Part shown: one piece after another, positions 52,216-64,000 of the stretch
Layout: each line of letters begins with the position of its first letter
Position numbering within the stretch: the stretch's first letter is position 1
From: Octopus vulgaris
Lineage: Eukaryota
NCBI GenBank assembly: GCA_951406725.2
Contig: OX597815.1
Coordinates: 71,300,001 to 71,364,000 of the forward strand
Length of the DNA: 64,000 nucleotides
Reading direction: 5' to 3'
Notes under the pieces: generated by a model
Told to the model about the DNA's origin: nothing
The model's database searches: none
What the model saw: only the letters and a program-made list of their open reading frames with translations
Program-made: the position numbers and the translations under genes

Positions 52216-53087
52216 GAATATCCCAGTGATTAATGCGGTAAGGCTGAGGCTGCCAGCCAGTGCTTGAGCTATTATATGCCTCGGTCGTGCAGGAACAAAA
52301 GTGTGGCATGCTGGCGCGTTGTAAGGGACAAACAACTTTCTCTATGTATGCGTGACCGACCTAGGGTCTTACAGAGATGAGTTGTGTTTACAAGGGCACA
52401 TTGAGCATGGAAAACAAGCGAGAAAGGCATGTGTGGCGTATGAATGTGACAGAGATAGCATTTGTGTGTGTATTAACTATGTGTGTTCGTGTGTGCGACA
52501 GAAGTACAAACAAGGTGTATGCGGGCAAAACAAAATACAGCGGATAGGAAAAGTCTCTCAGGGTATTTCAGACAAGATGGAGTTAATTTACCAGTTCGTA
52601 GTAAAGTACATAATAGCAGTTCGTTCTGTAACAGGATGTTCGGATCACAAGTGCAGATTCCGGTTGAACACATGTCGTGTAGTGGTTGTGGATTCAATGT
52701 TGTGCCAGGTTACATTGGTACAGAAGATCTCGCAGGTAGTGCTGTGCTGTTAACCTCGGTGAAAATCATAACAGCGTGAAAGCTAAACCTGAATGAGTGC
52801 TATGTACATATTAGTTTTGCTGGCGATGAAGGCGACGGAGATGGAGATGACGTGTAGGTGAAGGACGACGATGGTGATGGCGATGGCAGAGAAAGGCGAC
52901 GTTGAGATGAAGGCGTCGGTGGCATTGCTGGTGTATGTTAGCGTCGTCATTGGCTGGAGCAGGAACATGACTGGCTGGTCTGGTCGTCTGTCGCTGGAAC
53001 TGGAACATGGTTGAGTAAGCTCTGTGTGGATGAAGACTGCGGCGGATTGATTGGTTCAGACTAGGTAGAAACTAGATTTTAGCTAAG

Positions 53088-53549
53088 TGTTCTATGGTCT
53101 ATGACCAGAACTCGGGAAACTTGCTTGAATGTTCTATGGTCTATGACCAGAACTCGGGAAACTTGCTTGACTGTTCTATGGTCTATGACCAGAACTCGGG
53201 AAACTTGCTTGACTGTTCTATGGTCTATGACCAGAACTCGGGAAACTTGGTTGAGTGTTCTATGGTCTATGACCAGAACTCGGGAAACTTGCTTCAGTGT
53301 TCTATGGTCTATGACCAGAACTCGGGAAACTTGCTTGACTGTTCTATGGTCTATGACCAGAACTCGGGAAACTTGGTTGAGTGTTCTATGGTCTATGACC
53401 AGAACTCGGGAAACTTGGTTGAGTGTTCTATGGTCTATGACCAGAGCACGGGAAACTTGGTTGAGTGTTCTATGGTCTATGACCAGAGCTCGGGAAACTT
53501 GGTTGAGTGTTCTATGGTCTATGACCAGAACTCGGGAAACTTGGTTGAG
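53088..53549. repeat. Minisatellite, 11 x 42 bp
   Basis: Unit TGTTCTATGGTCTATGACCAGAACTCGGGAAACTTG(C/G)TTGA(A/C/G); it appears as a 14-aa repeat in two open frames. Confidence 0.97.
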
Positions 53550-54238
53550 TCTTCATCTTATAAAATGTGGCCCCAGTAGACCCGAATGAAATCGGGTTAT
53601 ATTAACCAAAATGTGAAAAGGGGTCTAAATGGGGCTGGAAGGGGATTAAAATTTAAAGGAGCGGGTGTTTAGCAATTCTCTGTTACATCAAGCTAAAAAA
53701 TTTGCGCCAGCCTTTTAATCGTCAATGTGTTGCCGTCCATGATGAAGAAGTTTTGAATGCTTGCCATCGTGAGTCTACTGTCGTGAGAAAGAATCAATTC
53801 AAAACTTGGTGTTTAGGGATTTTCTTTTACATCAAGTTCAAAATTTTACGCCAGCCGTTGAACTGTCAATTCGTTGCTGTCCGTCGTTAAGAAATGCCAG
53901 CCATGGTGACTCTACTATCCTCAAATTCTATCCCTTCAAACTTTGGTTTCCAATATTTTATTATTTTTATTCAGCTCGCAAATTCGTCTGTCCCTTTTAA
54001 ATGTTAGTGTTTTGCTGTCTGCCTTGAAGCAGACCTTTCCGTTGTTACTGCCTGATATTTATGATTGATCTTTCTAAATATTTTATTTCTCAACTTACTC
54101 AAGATCTTTTGTTGTTTATAAATGGGAGAGAGATAGATAAAGATAGAGAGTAAGAGAAAGCGAGGGAGAGTCCGAGAGAAAGGAAGAGTAAGAGAGTGGG
54201 AAAAGTGAGAGAGAAAGGAGAGAGAAACAAAGAGGGAG

Positions 54239-54558
54239 AATCATCATCATCATCATCATCATCATCGTTTAACGTCCGTTTTCCGTGCTAGCACGGATTG
54301 GACAGTTTGACCGGGGCCTGGGAAGACAGGAGGCTGCACCAGGCTCCAGTTTGATCTGGCAGTGTTTCTACAGGTGGATGCTCTTCCTAACGCCAACCAC
54401 TCTGTGAGCGTAGTGGGTGCTTTTTTCGTGCCGCCAGCACAGGTGCCAGGGGGCTGGCAGCGGCCACGATCGGTTGGTGCTTTTTACGTGCCACCGGCAC
54501 AGAAGTCAGTCAAGGCGGCGCTGCAATCGGCCACGTTCGGATGGTGCTTTTTACGTGC
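54239..54558 (-). mobile_element. Probable RTE-related non-autonomous element/SINE with a (GAT)n tail
   Basis: Minus strand has GGTTGGCGTTAGGAAGAGCATCC and ends GGAAAACGGACGTTAAAC(GAT)n. Three internal repeats of GGTGCTTTTT(A/T)CGTGC. Confidence 0.6.
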
Positions 54559-54625
54559 TGAAAGGAAGCAACATAAAGTAACAACCACACTCTTACCCGC
54601 GCGTAGAGTGGGTCACCTTCAGCTA

Positions 54626-54669
<44 letters not shown>

Positions 54670-54756
54670 CACTTCAATTGAAATAAAGTTTCCCCAAAAT
54701 TAAACATATCTAGTATAATAAATGTGAATGTGTCACACTGTTTTAACTTTATTAAA

Positions 54757-55131
54757 TCCTTTCTACTGGATGCACGAGACCTCAAATTTGAGGGGAGGGA
54801 TTAAGTCGATTACATCGACCCCAGTACATAACTGATATTAATTTTATCGGCCCTGAAAGGATGAAAGTCGACCTCGGTGGAATTTGAACTCAAAAACCAA
54901 ACATCAGACGAAATACCTATTTCTTTACTACCTAAACACAGAGAGGACAAACAAGGACAGATAAACGGATTAAGTTGATTATATCGACCCCAGTGCGTAA
55001 CTGGTACTTATTTAATCTACCCCGAAAGGCAAAGTCTACCTCGGCGGAATTTGAACTCAGAACGTAACGGCAGACGAAATACGGCTACGCATTTCGCCCG
55101 GCGTGCTAACGTTTCTGCCAGCTCGCCGCCT
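54757..55131 (-). mobile_element. SINE family C dimer
   Basis: Same unit junction (GTAGTAAAGAAATAGGTATTTCGTC) as the trimer at 20581. Confidence 0.85.
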
Positions 55132-55147
55132 TGTTATAATATAATAA

Positions 55148-55660
55148 TATAATATAATAAATGTAAATGTAAATGTCAGTGTGTCAGTGTGTCACACTTT
55201 TTGAACTTTACTTTGAACGTAGCCCAGCATATCATACTATTATGGAATCAAGCTGACTCCGTGAGTAAATTAAAAGCATTCCGCGCCGAATCCGCGCCCA
55301 CAATCCTGAAATTTGAGATTCCCAAGTTTTCATTACTGTAATTGTTTTCGGCGATTTTTTTACGCGACTTTTTGCGACAATTTCTTTTGTACAAATATCA
55401 ATTTTTGTAATCTAAAGGCTAACTCCGTGAGTAAATTAAAAACATTCCAGGCCGAATACGGACCTACAATCCTGAAATTTTGGATTCCTATGTTTACATT
55501 ACTGCGATTGTTTTCGGCAGTTTTATTACGTGATTTTTTTGCGAGGAATATGATCATTATTGGGATATGACTCTGGAGGAAGCAATTGCAGCAAACTCTC
55601 CAAAACAAGTCAGATCTGTTTGCAGATCTTCCCATTCGGGATTAGTTGTTTAAAAGCTAG
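55148..55660 (+). mobile_element. Helitron-like element with an internal ~166-bp-period direct repeat
   Basis: 5' AATATAATAAATG..GTCAGTGTGTCACACTT as in 19118; repeats start at 55252 and 55418; ends CTAG|T at 55657-55660. Confidence 0.55.
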
Positions 55661-55859
55661 TAATATATATATATATATTAGATGAAAAAGTCATCACAAA
55701 TACGAGGAAGTTAAATTTAATATTTACCTTTCTTCTTGTAATCGCACGAAATGTACCTCTGAATACCTGAGGTGGTCTGTGCTAGAAGATTTAAACTGTG
55801 GTTTTTACCGCATATACTGAAATGTAGGTTTATTCTGATAAAACATCATTACTATGATA

Positions 55860-56040
55860 ATATCGATGACAGTGACTATGATGAGGATGTTGATGATGAT
55901 GATGATGAGGAGGAGGAGGAGGGGAAGGGAGGGGGATCATCCTCGCTTCATTATCATCATCATCATTCTCATCCTCATCATTTTCATCTTCATCAATCAT
56001 CATCGTCGTTGTCGTCATCAACATCTTCTTTATCATCATC

Positions 56041-56073
<33 letters not shown>

Positions 56074-56197
56074 GTTGTCATCATATTCACCATCATCGTC
56101 ATTGTCATCAATCATCATCGTTGTCATCGTCGTCGTTGTCGTCATGCTAATCAGTCATCATCATCACCTTCATCATCATCATCATCATCATCGACTT

Positions 56198-56232
<35 letters not shown>

Positions 56233-57360
56233 TCAACAACAACAATAACATCTTCCTCCCCTTCATCATCCCCACCGTCGTCTTTGTCGTCATCATCATC
56301 ATCATCATCATCATCATAATGCACACATACATGCACACATGCAAGATCAGCTAAAAACTGCTGAGAAAAGTACCAGCATCAGTAGTAACTAACTTTGGAG
56401 GTACAAAAAAGAAAAGCCAGATTTCCATAGATTTCCATCCATGCTGAGTATTACAAAGGAGTGGTTGCTTAGGTGATGATGGATTGGTTGAGTTTGAAAG
56501 ACAAATGAAATAGATCTTTTTTTGTTTGTTTGTTTGTTTTTGCTTTATATATATATTATATTTATTTATTTATTTATTTATTTTATTTATTTTCTTCTTG
56601 AATGAATCGGTTGAGTATACAACAGGAGACTGTTGTTGTTTGGCAACAAAACAATGTAGAGAAAGAAATTGTCTGAAATTATTCAATTTTTAGAAATGTT
56701 CCTGGTTTTAGAAAGATAACGGATTCTTCTTAATCAGGAATCTCCCGATTCATTACTTGTTGCTGTTGTTGTTGTTGTTGCTGCTGCTGCTACTGTTGCT
56801 GCTGCGATTGCTGCTGCGGCTGCTGAAGCGACTTCCGCGGTGGCTGCTGCTGCTGCTGCGAAGACGTCGGCAACCATCACCACCACAATCAGTGGCACCA
56901 GTAAAAATTTCACCAATACCACCACCACGACCAACAATACCAACAACACTAACATAACCCCAACAGTAAGAGAACACCACTACCAACATCACTACCAACA
57001 CGACCAACGCTAACACCAACACATACAGCAATACCACAACCAACAACACCAGCACCAGTACCACCACCAATACCATTACCATCAGCACTTTTACCACAAC
57101 CACCAGCACCACCACACCACCACTGCCACTAACACCACTATCATCAATAATACCAGTACCAATACCACCACCAGTAACATCAACATCACCCACACCAATA
57201 TCATCAACAAGAACAGTAACAGTACCACTATCGTCACCACCAACGCCGCCACTACCAACGTCACCACCACCAACACCACCATTACCAACGTTACCACCAC
57301 CACCACCATCATCACCAACGCTACCACTACCACCACTATCACTACTACCCACCACCGTGC
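55860..57360. repeat. Cryptic trinucleotide low-complexity region (CAT/GAT, CAG, GCT, ACC/AAC)
   Basis: Visible directly; it yields poly-H/S/Q/A/T/P ORFs in several frames on both strands. Confidence 0.85.
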
Positions 57361-57553
57361 CAACGACGATGGAGACGACGGATGTAGTGACGGTGGTTAC
57401 GATAATAACGGTTTCTTTTGATAAGGAAACAAAACTAATAATGTTTATTGGCGGAAGTTGCGATTGAAGAAATCTATCTAGTATATTACTGGTGATTGGC
57501 TCATCTACAAGAGGAAGATGGATAATTAGACCGGATTTTAAAATTAGGATTCG

Positions 57554-57599
<46 letters not shown>

Positions 57600-58155
57600 G
57601 GAGAGAAAGATGGAGGAGGAGAGGGAGGATGAAGAGGAGGAGGAGGGGGAGTATGAGGAGGGGGAGGGGGAGAAGGAAGTGAAGGAGGAGGATCTGATCA
57701 TGTATTTGGACAGATTAAGATCATACTTTAGTTTATCCTCTTTCACTTATTGGACTGCAGCCATGCTTGATCATCGCGCTGAAGGTCTTTCAAATCGACC
57801 GCCGAACTCCGCGAAGACACGAGGACGTTAACAAACCAGTTTCACTTGTCAAGCGGGGTGGGGAACATAAAGATACGCACATATGAGGCGCGCACGCACA
57901 TACACACACATTATATATATATATATTAAGAGCTTTCATACAGTTTCCATTGATCAATTTCACTCACAAAGCATTGATCGACCCGTGAGTATTGCAGTCG
58001 ACATGACCACTTAAACCCTTAGAATGTTTTCAACACGTTATTGCAGTCCAATGTCTAAAACCAGTGAAAGAATAAACGCACAACAAAATAAACAAAGTAA
58101 AAATACATTGAAAAAATATGGTGACCGCGCATCAGTGGTATAAAACATACAAACC

Positions 58156-58323
58156 TTAGATCAATTCAGATATATTTGGGATATATTTGACTTGTATAAA
58201 AGCAGTTTCACAGCGTTTTGCCACGGAGTAACTAAAGTGAGAATTTGTTCTCCTCCGCAACCTGCAGTAAAAGTGGCCTTTTTATAAGTTAAATATGTCC
58301 CAAATATATTTGAACTCTTCTAA
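58156..58323. repeat. Decayed inverted repeat (old MITE-like element)
   Basis: TTCAGATATATTTGGGATATATTTGACTTGTA versus TATAAGTTAAATATGTCCCAAATATATTTGAA. Confidence 0.6.
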
Positions 58324-58334
58324 AATGTATTTAA

Positions 58335-58560
58335 TAATAATTTCTGATATAAGCACAAGGTTTGGGACTTTTTACTGGGATGGGGGTGGAGGGTGCAAGT
58401 GGATTAAATCGAGTCCAGTGCTCGACTGATACTTATTTTATCGACTCCGAAAGGATGAAAGTTCGAGCCGACTTCAGTTGCTTTTAAACCCAGAACGTAA
58501 AGCCTGATGAAATACTGTAAGACATTTTGCTCGGTGCGGAAACGATTTTGCCAGCTCGAC
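58335..58560 (-). mobile_element. SINE family C, decayed (further decayed copies at ~59680-60020, 61100-61540 and 62048-62250)
   Basis: Retains CCGAAAGGATGAAAG and AACGATTTTGCCAGCTCG. Confidence 0.7.
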
Positions 58561-60627
58561 GTCCCGAGTTTATTTATAATAAAATAATATATTAAAATAA
58601 AACTAAAAACCTAAAAAAATAACTCTATAAAATATAGAAAAAATGCAGAAAGACATTGGTTAACACTTTAGTCTATAAAAAAGAAGAAGGTGACGTCGTC
58701 GCAAAATGTCTTGGTCACAGATTTAATAAAATTGCGATTGAGACAGTTGGCCAACGTGCATAGTACCGGGGTCCATTTCTTAGAGAAGTATTTCGGCAAG
58801 GAATATCCTGAATAGATCAACTCCATATCCATTTATGTCCTTCGGAGAAACTTGCGAACTGAGGTAATTTGGGTGGGGGCGGAGATTAGGCCAGAGGTAG
58901 TCACTGTGCTCAGGACATCCATAGACCTTCTGATGAAGTCGAGATCTTTGATGTTCATCTTGAGTAACTGCAACTTGGTGACTACAAGACAAATATCGAA
59001 ACATTATTTAATCATCATCATCATCGTCGTCATCAACTCCTGGACATTACTATCTCAAGTCGTAAGGCTGGTTACCTGGTTTCTATTGCATATAATTGAC
59101 CGAGACCACAACATTCCCCTTGAACAGGAGCCCAGTCCGTCGCAGGGTTACGCATTTACAGCGGAGGGAACTGGGGCAACGTGAAATAAAGTGTGTTGCT
59201 CTATTAGAGCAAGTGCCTTCACTTTTTTAATCTTTGTTGAGGGTCCTCAATTGTGGAAAAGTATTTTATTGCCCTGACGAAGAATGTTAACCCTTTGGAT
59301 GCAGTATTTGTTATATTGTTGATGTGATATTGTCCCTGACTAAGATAAAGTTACAAGACCTGCTTCTATGATATTCCTGTTAGAGGATATATTTGACGTG
59401 TCTGTATGCAGAGGCAATGTTGGTTTGGTGCCTAAACTATATGTGGATGACACCTGTGTCCAGAAAGTTAGAGAGGAGTTAAGAGTAGCATCATCTATAT
59501 TTGTGTGGAGGTTTTGGGGGGTGACCGTAGGCGGTGACCGTTGGTATATGGCCGATGATGGAGGCCGCTGATATGAAAGAGGCAGAGTCCGAGATAATAC
59601 CTGACGTATTGTTTTTATGCTTTTTAAATAAAGGTTTCTGAATAAGGCACAAAGTCATTAATATTAGAAGGAACAGATAACTAGTGGGACGAAAAGCTAA
59701 GTTAACTCCGAGAGGAATTGAAATCAGAACATAAAATGCCGGAACGAATACTACAAAGCATTTTTCCAACACTCTAACAATTCTGATAGCTCACCACACT
59801 TCCTCCTTCAAATAATGATTCTTAATTTGATGCACGAGGCCAGCAATTTTTAGGGGTGAGATTTAGTAAATTCTATTGCTTCCACTTGACTAGTACTTTA
59901 TCGAGCCCAGAGGGATGAAAGGTGAGGTGGAGTCCGACGGGAATTGAACTTAGAACGTAAAAAGCCAGAACAAAACCGCACATCATTTTTGCCCGACGTT
60001 CTAACGTTTCTGTCACCTCGCTACTTTTGAAATAATACGATATGTTTGGGGCTAAGACCGGTAAGTGCATATTGAACTTTGCAGACATTTTAATTATTAA
60101 TTACTAGTTCTGAGTAGTGTGTTGCATCTTAAAGTGAACGATGGTTACGAAAAGATTAACAAACTATGCGCGCTAAACAAACTATATACGAAATGCTGTT
60201 GTTATTGTTTTCATATATTTTCATGAGTTAGTCTAATCACTCCATAGGGAAAGCACCATAAAGACATATCCCGCAAATTTTGCTTTATCGAGGCTGTCTT
60301 TTATAATGATATCATTTACATCGTTAATAAAAGCAGCTGAGTTCTACCCTTGTATACAAAGCGTGCGTCCAATGAAGTTTTCAGATATTACAAAGTGGTT
60401 GTAGCCATATTTGACATTAAATGATAGCTGTTCAATATTTGAAATGTCACACGTCTCCGTCACATAGAACAGAGATAGAAAAATATAAAAGGATATTGCT
60501 TTAATTTCTGAAACGGAGTATCTTTGTGCAGTCAAAACAAAGAGTTCTTTATATTCATATAATATAGTCATGTGTAAAGTACTTATACTCAATTGGCTGT
60601 TAGCCTCTTAATCTTTCTCTGTTTTAG

Positions 60628-60736
60628 CCCCCAGGATGGGACAACTGGGCACAGCTGTTTCGACGCTGATAATTTGGCACAGCTGCCCGGATGGAGATTC
60701 GGCCTGTTTTGGCGACAGTGCATTTCGGCGCCGGAG
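60628..60736 (+). other. Possible host exon (unverified)
   Basis: GC-richer, non-repetitive open segment after TCTTTCTCTGTTTTAG, ending GAG|GCAAGC (GC donor). The peptide is not recognised. Confidence 0.2.
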
Positions 60737-62819
60737 GCAAGCACACATGCACGCGCGTACAGCTGTATACGCATACATATAGAAAGAGTGAGAGAGGGAA
60801 AGGAAGAGGAGAACATTACAATTTATCAATTGAACACAGGTGACATAAACACTTTCCTTCTTAGAGAAATATGTTCATATACAAAAGCAGAGAGAAAATA
60901 GACACGAGGGAGGAATTGAGAAAACGAGAGAAAAATTAAATCGTTTGACGTAAGATAAGTCAGCGCTGAAACAGCATCGCCACATAAGCAGTGCCAAAAT
61001 GGCTGTGCCAGAACGCCTCGTATTCTCTAGCCTTGAATATATTTGAGAGGATGTTATTTCCAGCAACTATGATGCCTTGCCAGAATAATGGTTTCTTTTT
61101 TTCGCACAGTGTCAGCAATTTTTGAAGGGAAGGGTGGGTCGATACCATTTATTTCAGTATTTGGCTGTACTTTATTGTATCGACCCTAAAGTGATAAAAG
61201 GCGGAGTTGACTCTGGCCGGATTTCAACTCAAAAGGTCGAAAGAAATAGTGGAAAGAAATAGTGGGAGACATTTTGTCCGACGCTCAAACGATTTTAATC
61301 GCTCGCCTTTCCAAAATTATGATTCCTAATATAGGCACAAGACCTTCAACAATGTTTCTGATTTAGTCACAAGGCTAGCGCTTTTGAGGGGAAGGGTTAG
61401 TTGAAAGAATTGACTTGACTGGTACTTTATTTAATCGATTTAGTAAGAATGGAAGATAAAGTTCACTTCGGAGGGATTTCAACACAGAATGTAAAGCCGG
61501 AAGAAATACCGGAAACCATTTTGTTCTGCCAGATCGCCTTGATAATGCTTCTATTGTATGTTGGTGTGAATAATTTCCTTATCATCAAAGTGATTTCATT
61601 CCGTGAGCATTGAATCTGAAAATATTGCTTGATGTATTTTTATTTTATATTTGCATGTTGGTCATTTTATACTTGTATGTTACCATTTTCTCACTCATCA
61701 AATCGCTCTACGGCATTTTCCCTCAATTATTAAATCAATATGTACGGTGAAATATTGACACTTTATTTAAAATCTATATCTTTTCATCTTTTTAATCAGG
61801 AAGGAAGGGCAATGCCCATGATCCTTTACAGGGCATTTGAGACTGGTATGACGGAGGACGGTATCCTCAAACCAGAGATCTGGTTCAAATGCTTATAACA
61901 GAATGGACTCTGCTTAAGGCTCCCTAGGTGCCAAGCTGTTTCGGAAATATATAAAGGTTACTTACGAAACTTTCCCTTTTCGCATAGTAAAACCCCTCCG
62001 TCTCCATTATTTAAACTTACATATTCTTTCGTTTATAAATCAGTTCGAAGTGGCAGAGTGATTAGCACACCGGGCAAAACTCTTAGCGACATTTATTACT
62101 TCTGATTACGTTCTGAGTTCAAATTTGACCGAAAGCGATTTTTATCTTTTCGGGGTCTAAAAAATGTGTACTAGTTGAGCACTGGGGTCGATGTAATCGA
62201 CTCATCCTCATCCCACCGAAGTTGCTGGCATCATGCCAAAATTTGAAACCATTTAAATCATATTCAGTTATCAGTTTATAATTGAAAACCAATCTAACTA
62301 TTATGAAGACCGCTAAGATTTCCTCGTTGTATTGTCTATAACAAAGAATTCAGAAAGTTCAAGGCACATCCACATCAAGCTTAAAAACATTCTTCCACAG
62401 CGCAGGCATGACTATGTAGTTAAGAAGCTCGCTTTGCAGCCATGTTGTTTTGGGTTCAGTACCACTGCACAAGTATCTTCTATTTACACTTTGAGTCAGT
62501 GAATTTGTGAGTGAATTTGGCAGACGGAAACTGAGGAAGTCCGTCGAGTATGTGCGCGTATATATATGTATGTGTGTGTGCATGTGCGTGTATGTATGTG
62601 TGTGTGTTTGTACTGTCGTCATCGCTTGACAACCGGTGTTGGTTTGTTTACGTCTCTATAACTTAGTATACAAAAAAATTAAATAAAATAAAAATAAGTA
62701 CTGGGAGGTTTAGTCGGACAAATCAGCCCCAGTTTACTCAGCAACTCTAAATATCTTTTAACTCAGCTTATCTAGCTATGCCGTGTAGCACTATGTTCTC
62801 TTTTGTGAGAAGTTATTCT

Positions 62820-63042
62820 CTTTTTACTCTTTACTCTTTTACTTGTTTCAGTCATGTGACTGTGGCCAAACTGGGGCACCGCTTTTAGTCGAGCAAATCC
62901 ACCCCAGGACTTATTCTTTGTAAGCCTAGTACTTATTCTATCGGTATCTTTTGCCGAGCAGCTAAGTTACGGGGACGTAAACACTCCAGTATCGGTTGTC
63001 AAACGATGTTGGGGGGAAAAACACAGACACACAAACATATAC

Positions 63043-63075
<33 letters not shown>

Positions 63076-63246
63076 CATATACACGACGGGCTTCTTTCAG
63101 TTTCTGTCTACCAAATCCACTCACAAGGCTTTGGTCGACCCGAGGCTATAGTAGAAGACACTTGCCCAAGGTGCCACGCAGTGAGACTGAACTCGGAACC
63201 ATGTGGTTCGTAAGCAAGCTACTTACCACACAGCCACTCCTACGCC
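62820..63246 (-). mobile_element. SINE family B, full length (a decayed plus-strand copy lies at ~62400-62700)
   Basis: Reverse complement of 5219-5600. Confidence 0.9.
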
Positions 63247-63777
63247 TTGTTGTTAATTTTCATTTTTATTCACCTAAAGAAAACGGTTTTTTTGTGGGGG
63301 GTTTTTTGTGTTTTTTTTGCTTTTGAATGATGTAACACTTTTGTTCATCAATAAAGAACGCATCTGAAACAGTGCAGTGAACTGCAACCCATTTGTGTTA
63401 CCTATCCTTCACCTAACTCGGAACCTTCCATACGTTTGGACCTGGAGTCGACTGTAGAATACGTGCAGTGAGTGTGTGAGTGTATCCATGAGTGACTTTG
63501 ATAATGCGTTGTGTATTCAGTCAGTAACTGTAGATGTATGCATAACTGGAAAAAACAAATCTGTATTTACTTTAGTAAGTATGTATACGTGTATGTCAGT
63601 ACACATTGTTGGTACACTGGTGCGCTGTCCCCGACTCTACTTTGGTGCTTTTACTATTTACTATTTAAGTGCCTGATTCTTTCGGATTCTGAAAATGTTT
63701 CATATATATATATGTACATATATATACATACATATACATACATATATACATACATACATATATACATACATACATAC

Positions 63778-63866
<89 letters not shown>

Positions 63867-63953
63867 GGAGAGCTTACGAAAAAACAAAAGACGAAGACAG
63901 GTAGTGTACAAAACAAACAAATGTATTAGCATAACGCTCAGGAATAGAAAAGG

Positions 63954-63991
63954 TCTTTTACGTTTCGAGCCTACGCTCTTCTACAGAAAGA
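63954..63991 (-). ncRNA. Minimal type I hammerhead ribozyme-like motif within dispersed repeat 63866-64000
   Basis: Minus strand: TCTTT-CTGTAGA-A-GAGC-GTAG-GCTC-GAAA-CG-TA-AAAGA. Stems I and II pair perfectly; there is one core substitution. Confidence 0.5.
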
Positions 63992-64000
63992 GACACAGAA

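Larger units (their letters stand above)
51716..54626 (+). mobile_element. Candidate ~2.9-kb composite non-autonomous Helitron
   Basis: The 5' ~55 bp match 19118. 3' imperfect hairpin ACCCGC..GTGGGT (54595-54613) then CTAG|T at 54623-54626. The pairing of the two ends is inferred. Confidence 0.55.

Noticed and set aside
53088-53549. CRISPR-like array of hairpin repeats
   Set aside because: The units are contiguous with no unique spacers, there are no cas genes, and the context is eukaryotic. It is a minisatellite.
53094-53579. 161-aa repeat protein (MVYDQNSGNLLECS)n
   Set aside because: The open frames follow from a stop-free 42-bp unit; two frames are equally open and there is no other coding evidence.
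55772-57592. Poly-His/Ser/Gln, Ala/Thr-rich and Gly/Val-rich ORFs, including a possible exon at 56738-56964
   Set aside because: Trinucleotide low-complexity DNA is open in several frames on both strands. No domain is recognised, and splice-like sites alone are insufficient.

Overview
AT-rich eukaryotic genomic DNA, very dense in microsatellites and almost entirely transposon-derived. The repeat make-up (three tRNA-headed SINE families, dense (TA)n/(TACA)n/(CA)n) resembles an octopus/cephalopod genome, which is an inference. No host gene is confidently identified, and most short ORFs in the track are microsatellite or SINE artefacts. Recognisable elements are: two decayed Ty3/Gypsy relics, a decayed full-length Tx1/L1-clade LINE, a near-intact CR1-group LINE, R4/Dong-type LINE fragments, three mariner relics, six non-autonomous Helitron-like elements and many SINEs. 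The best candidate for a new system is at 6153-13801. A gag(ORF1)-only retroelement and a full Tx1-type LINE share the same 3' end and sit in tandem at one target site (ACAATTCCAGTCT) inside a Helitron, and a SINE family carries the same 3' tail. Also visible: a CR1 LINE/SINE pair with a covarying 3' stem-loop, (TACA)n-associated R4-like elements, and several degenerate minimal hammerhead-ribozyme motifs. All calls come from reading the sequence by eye; no database searches were run.
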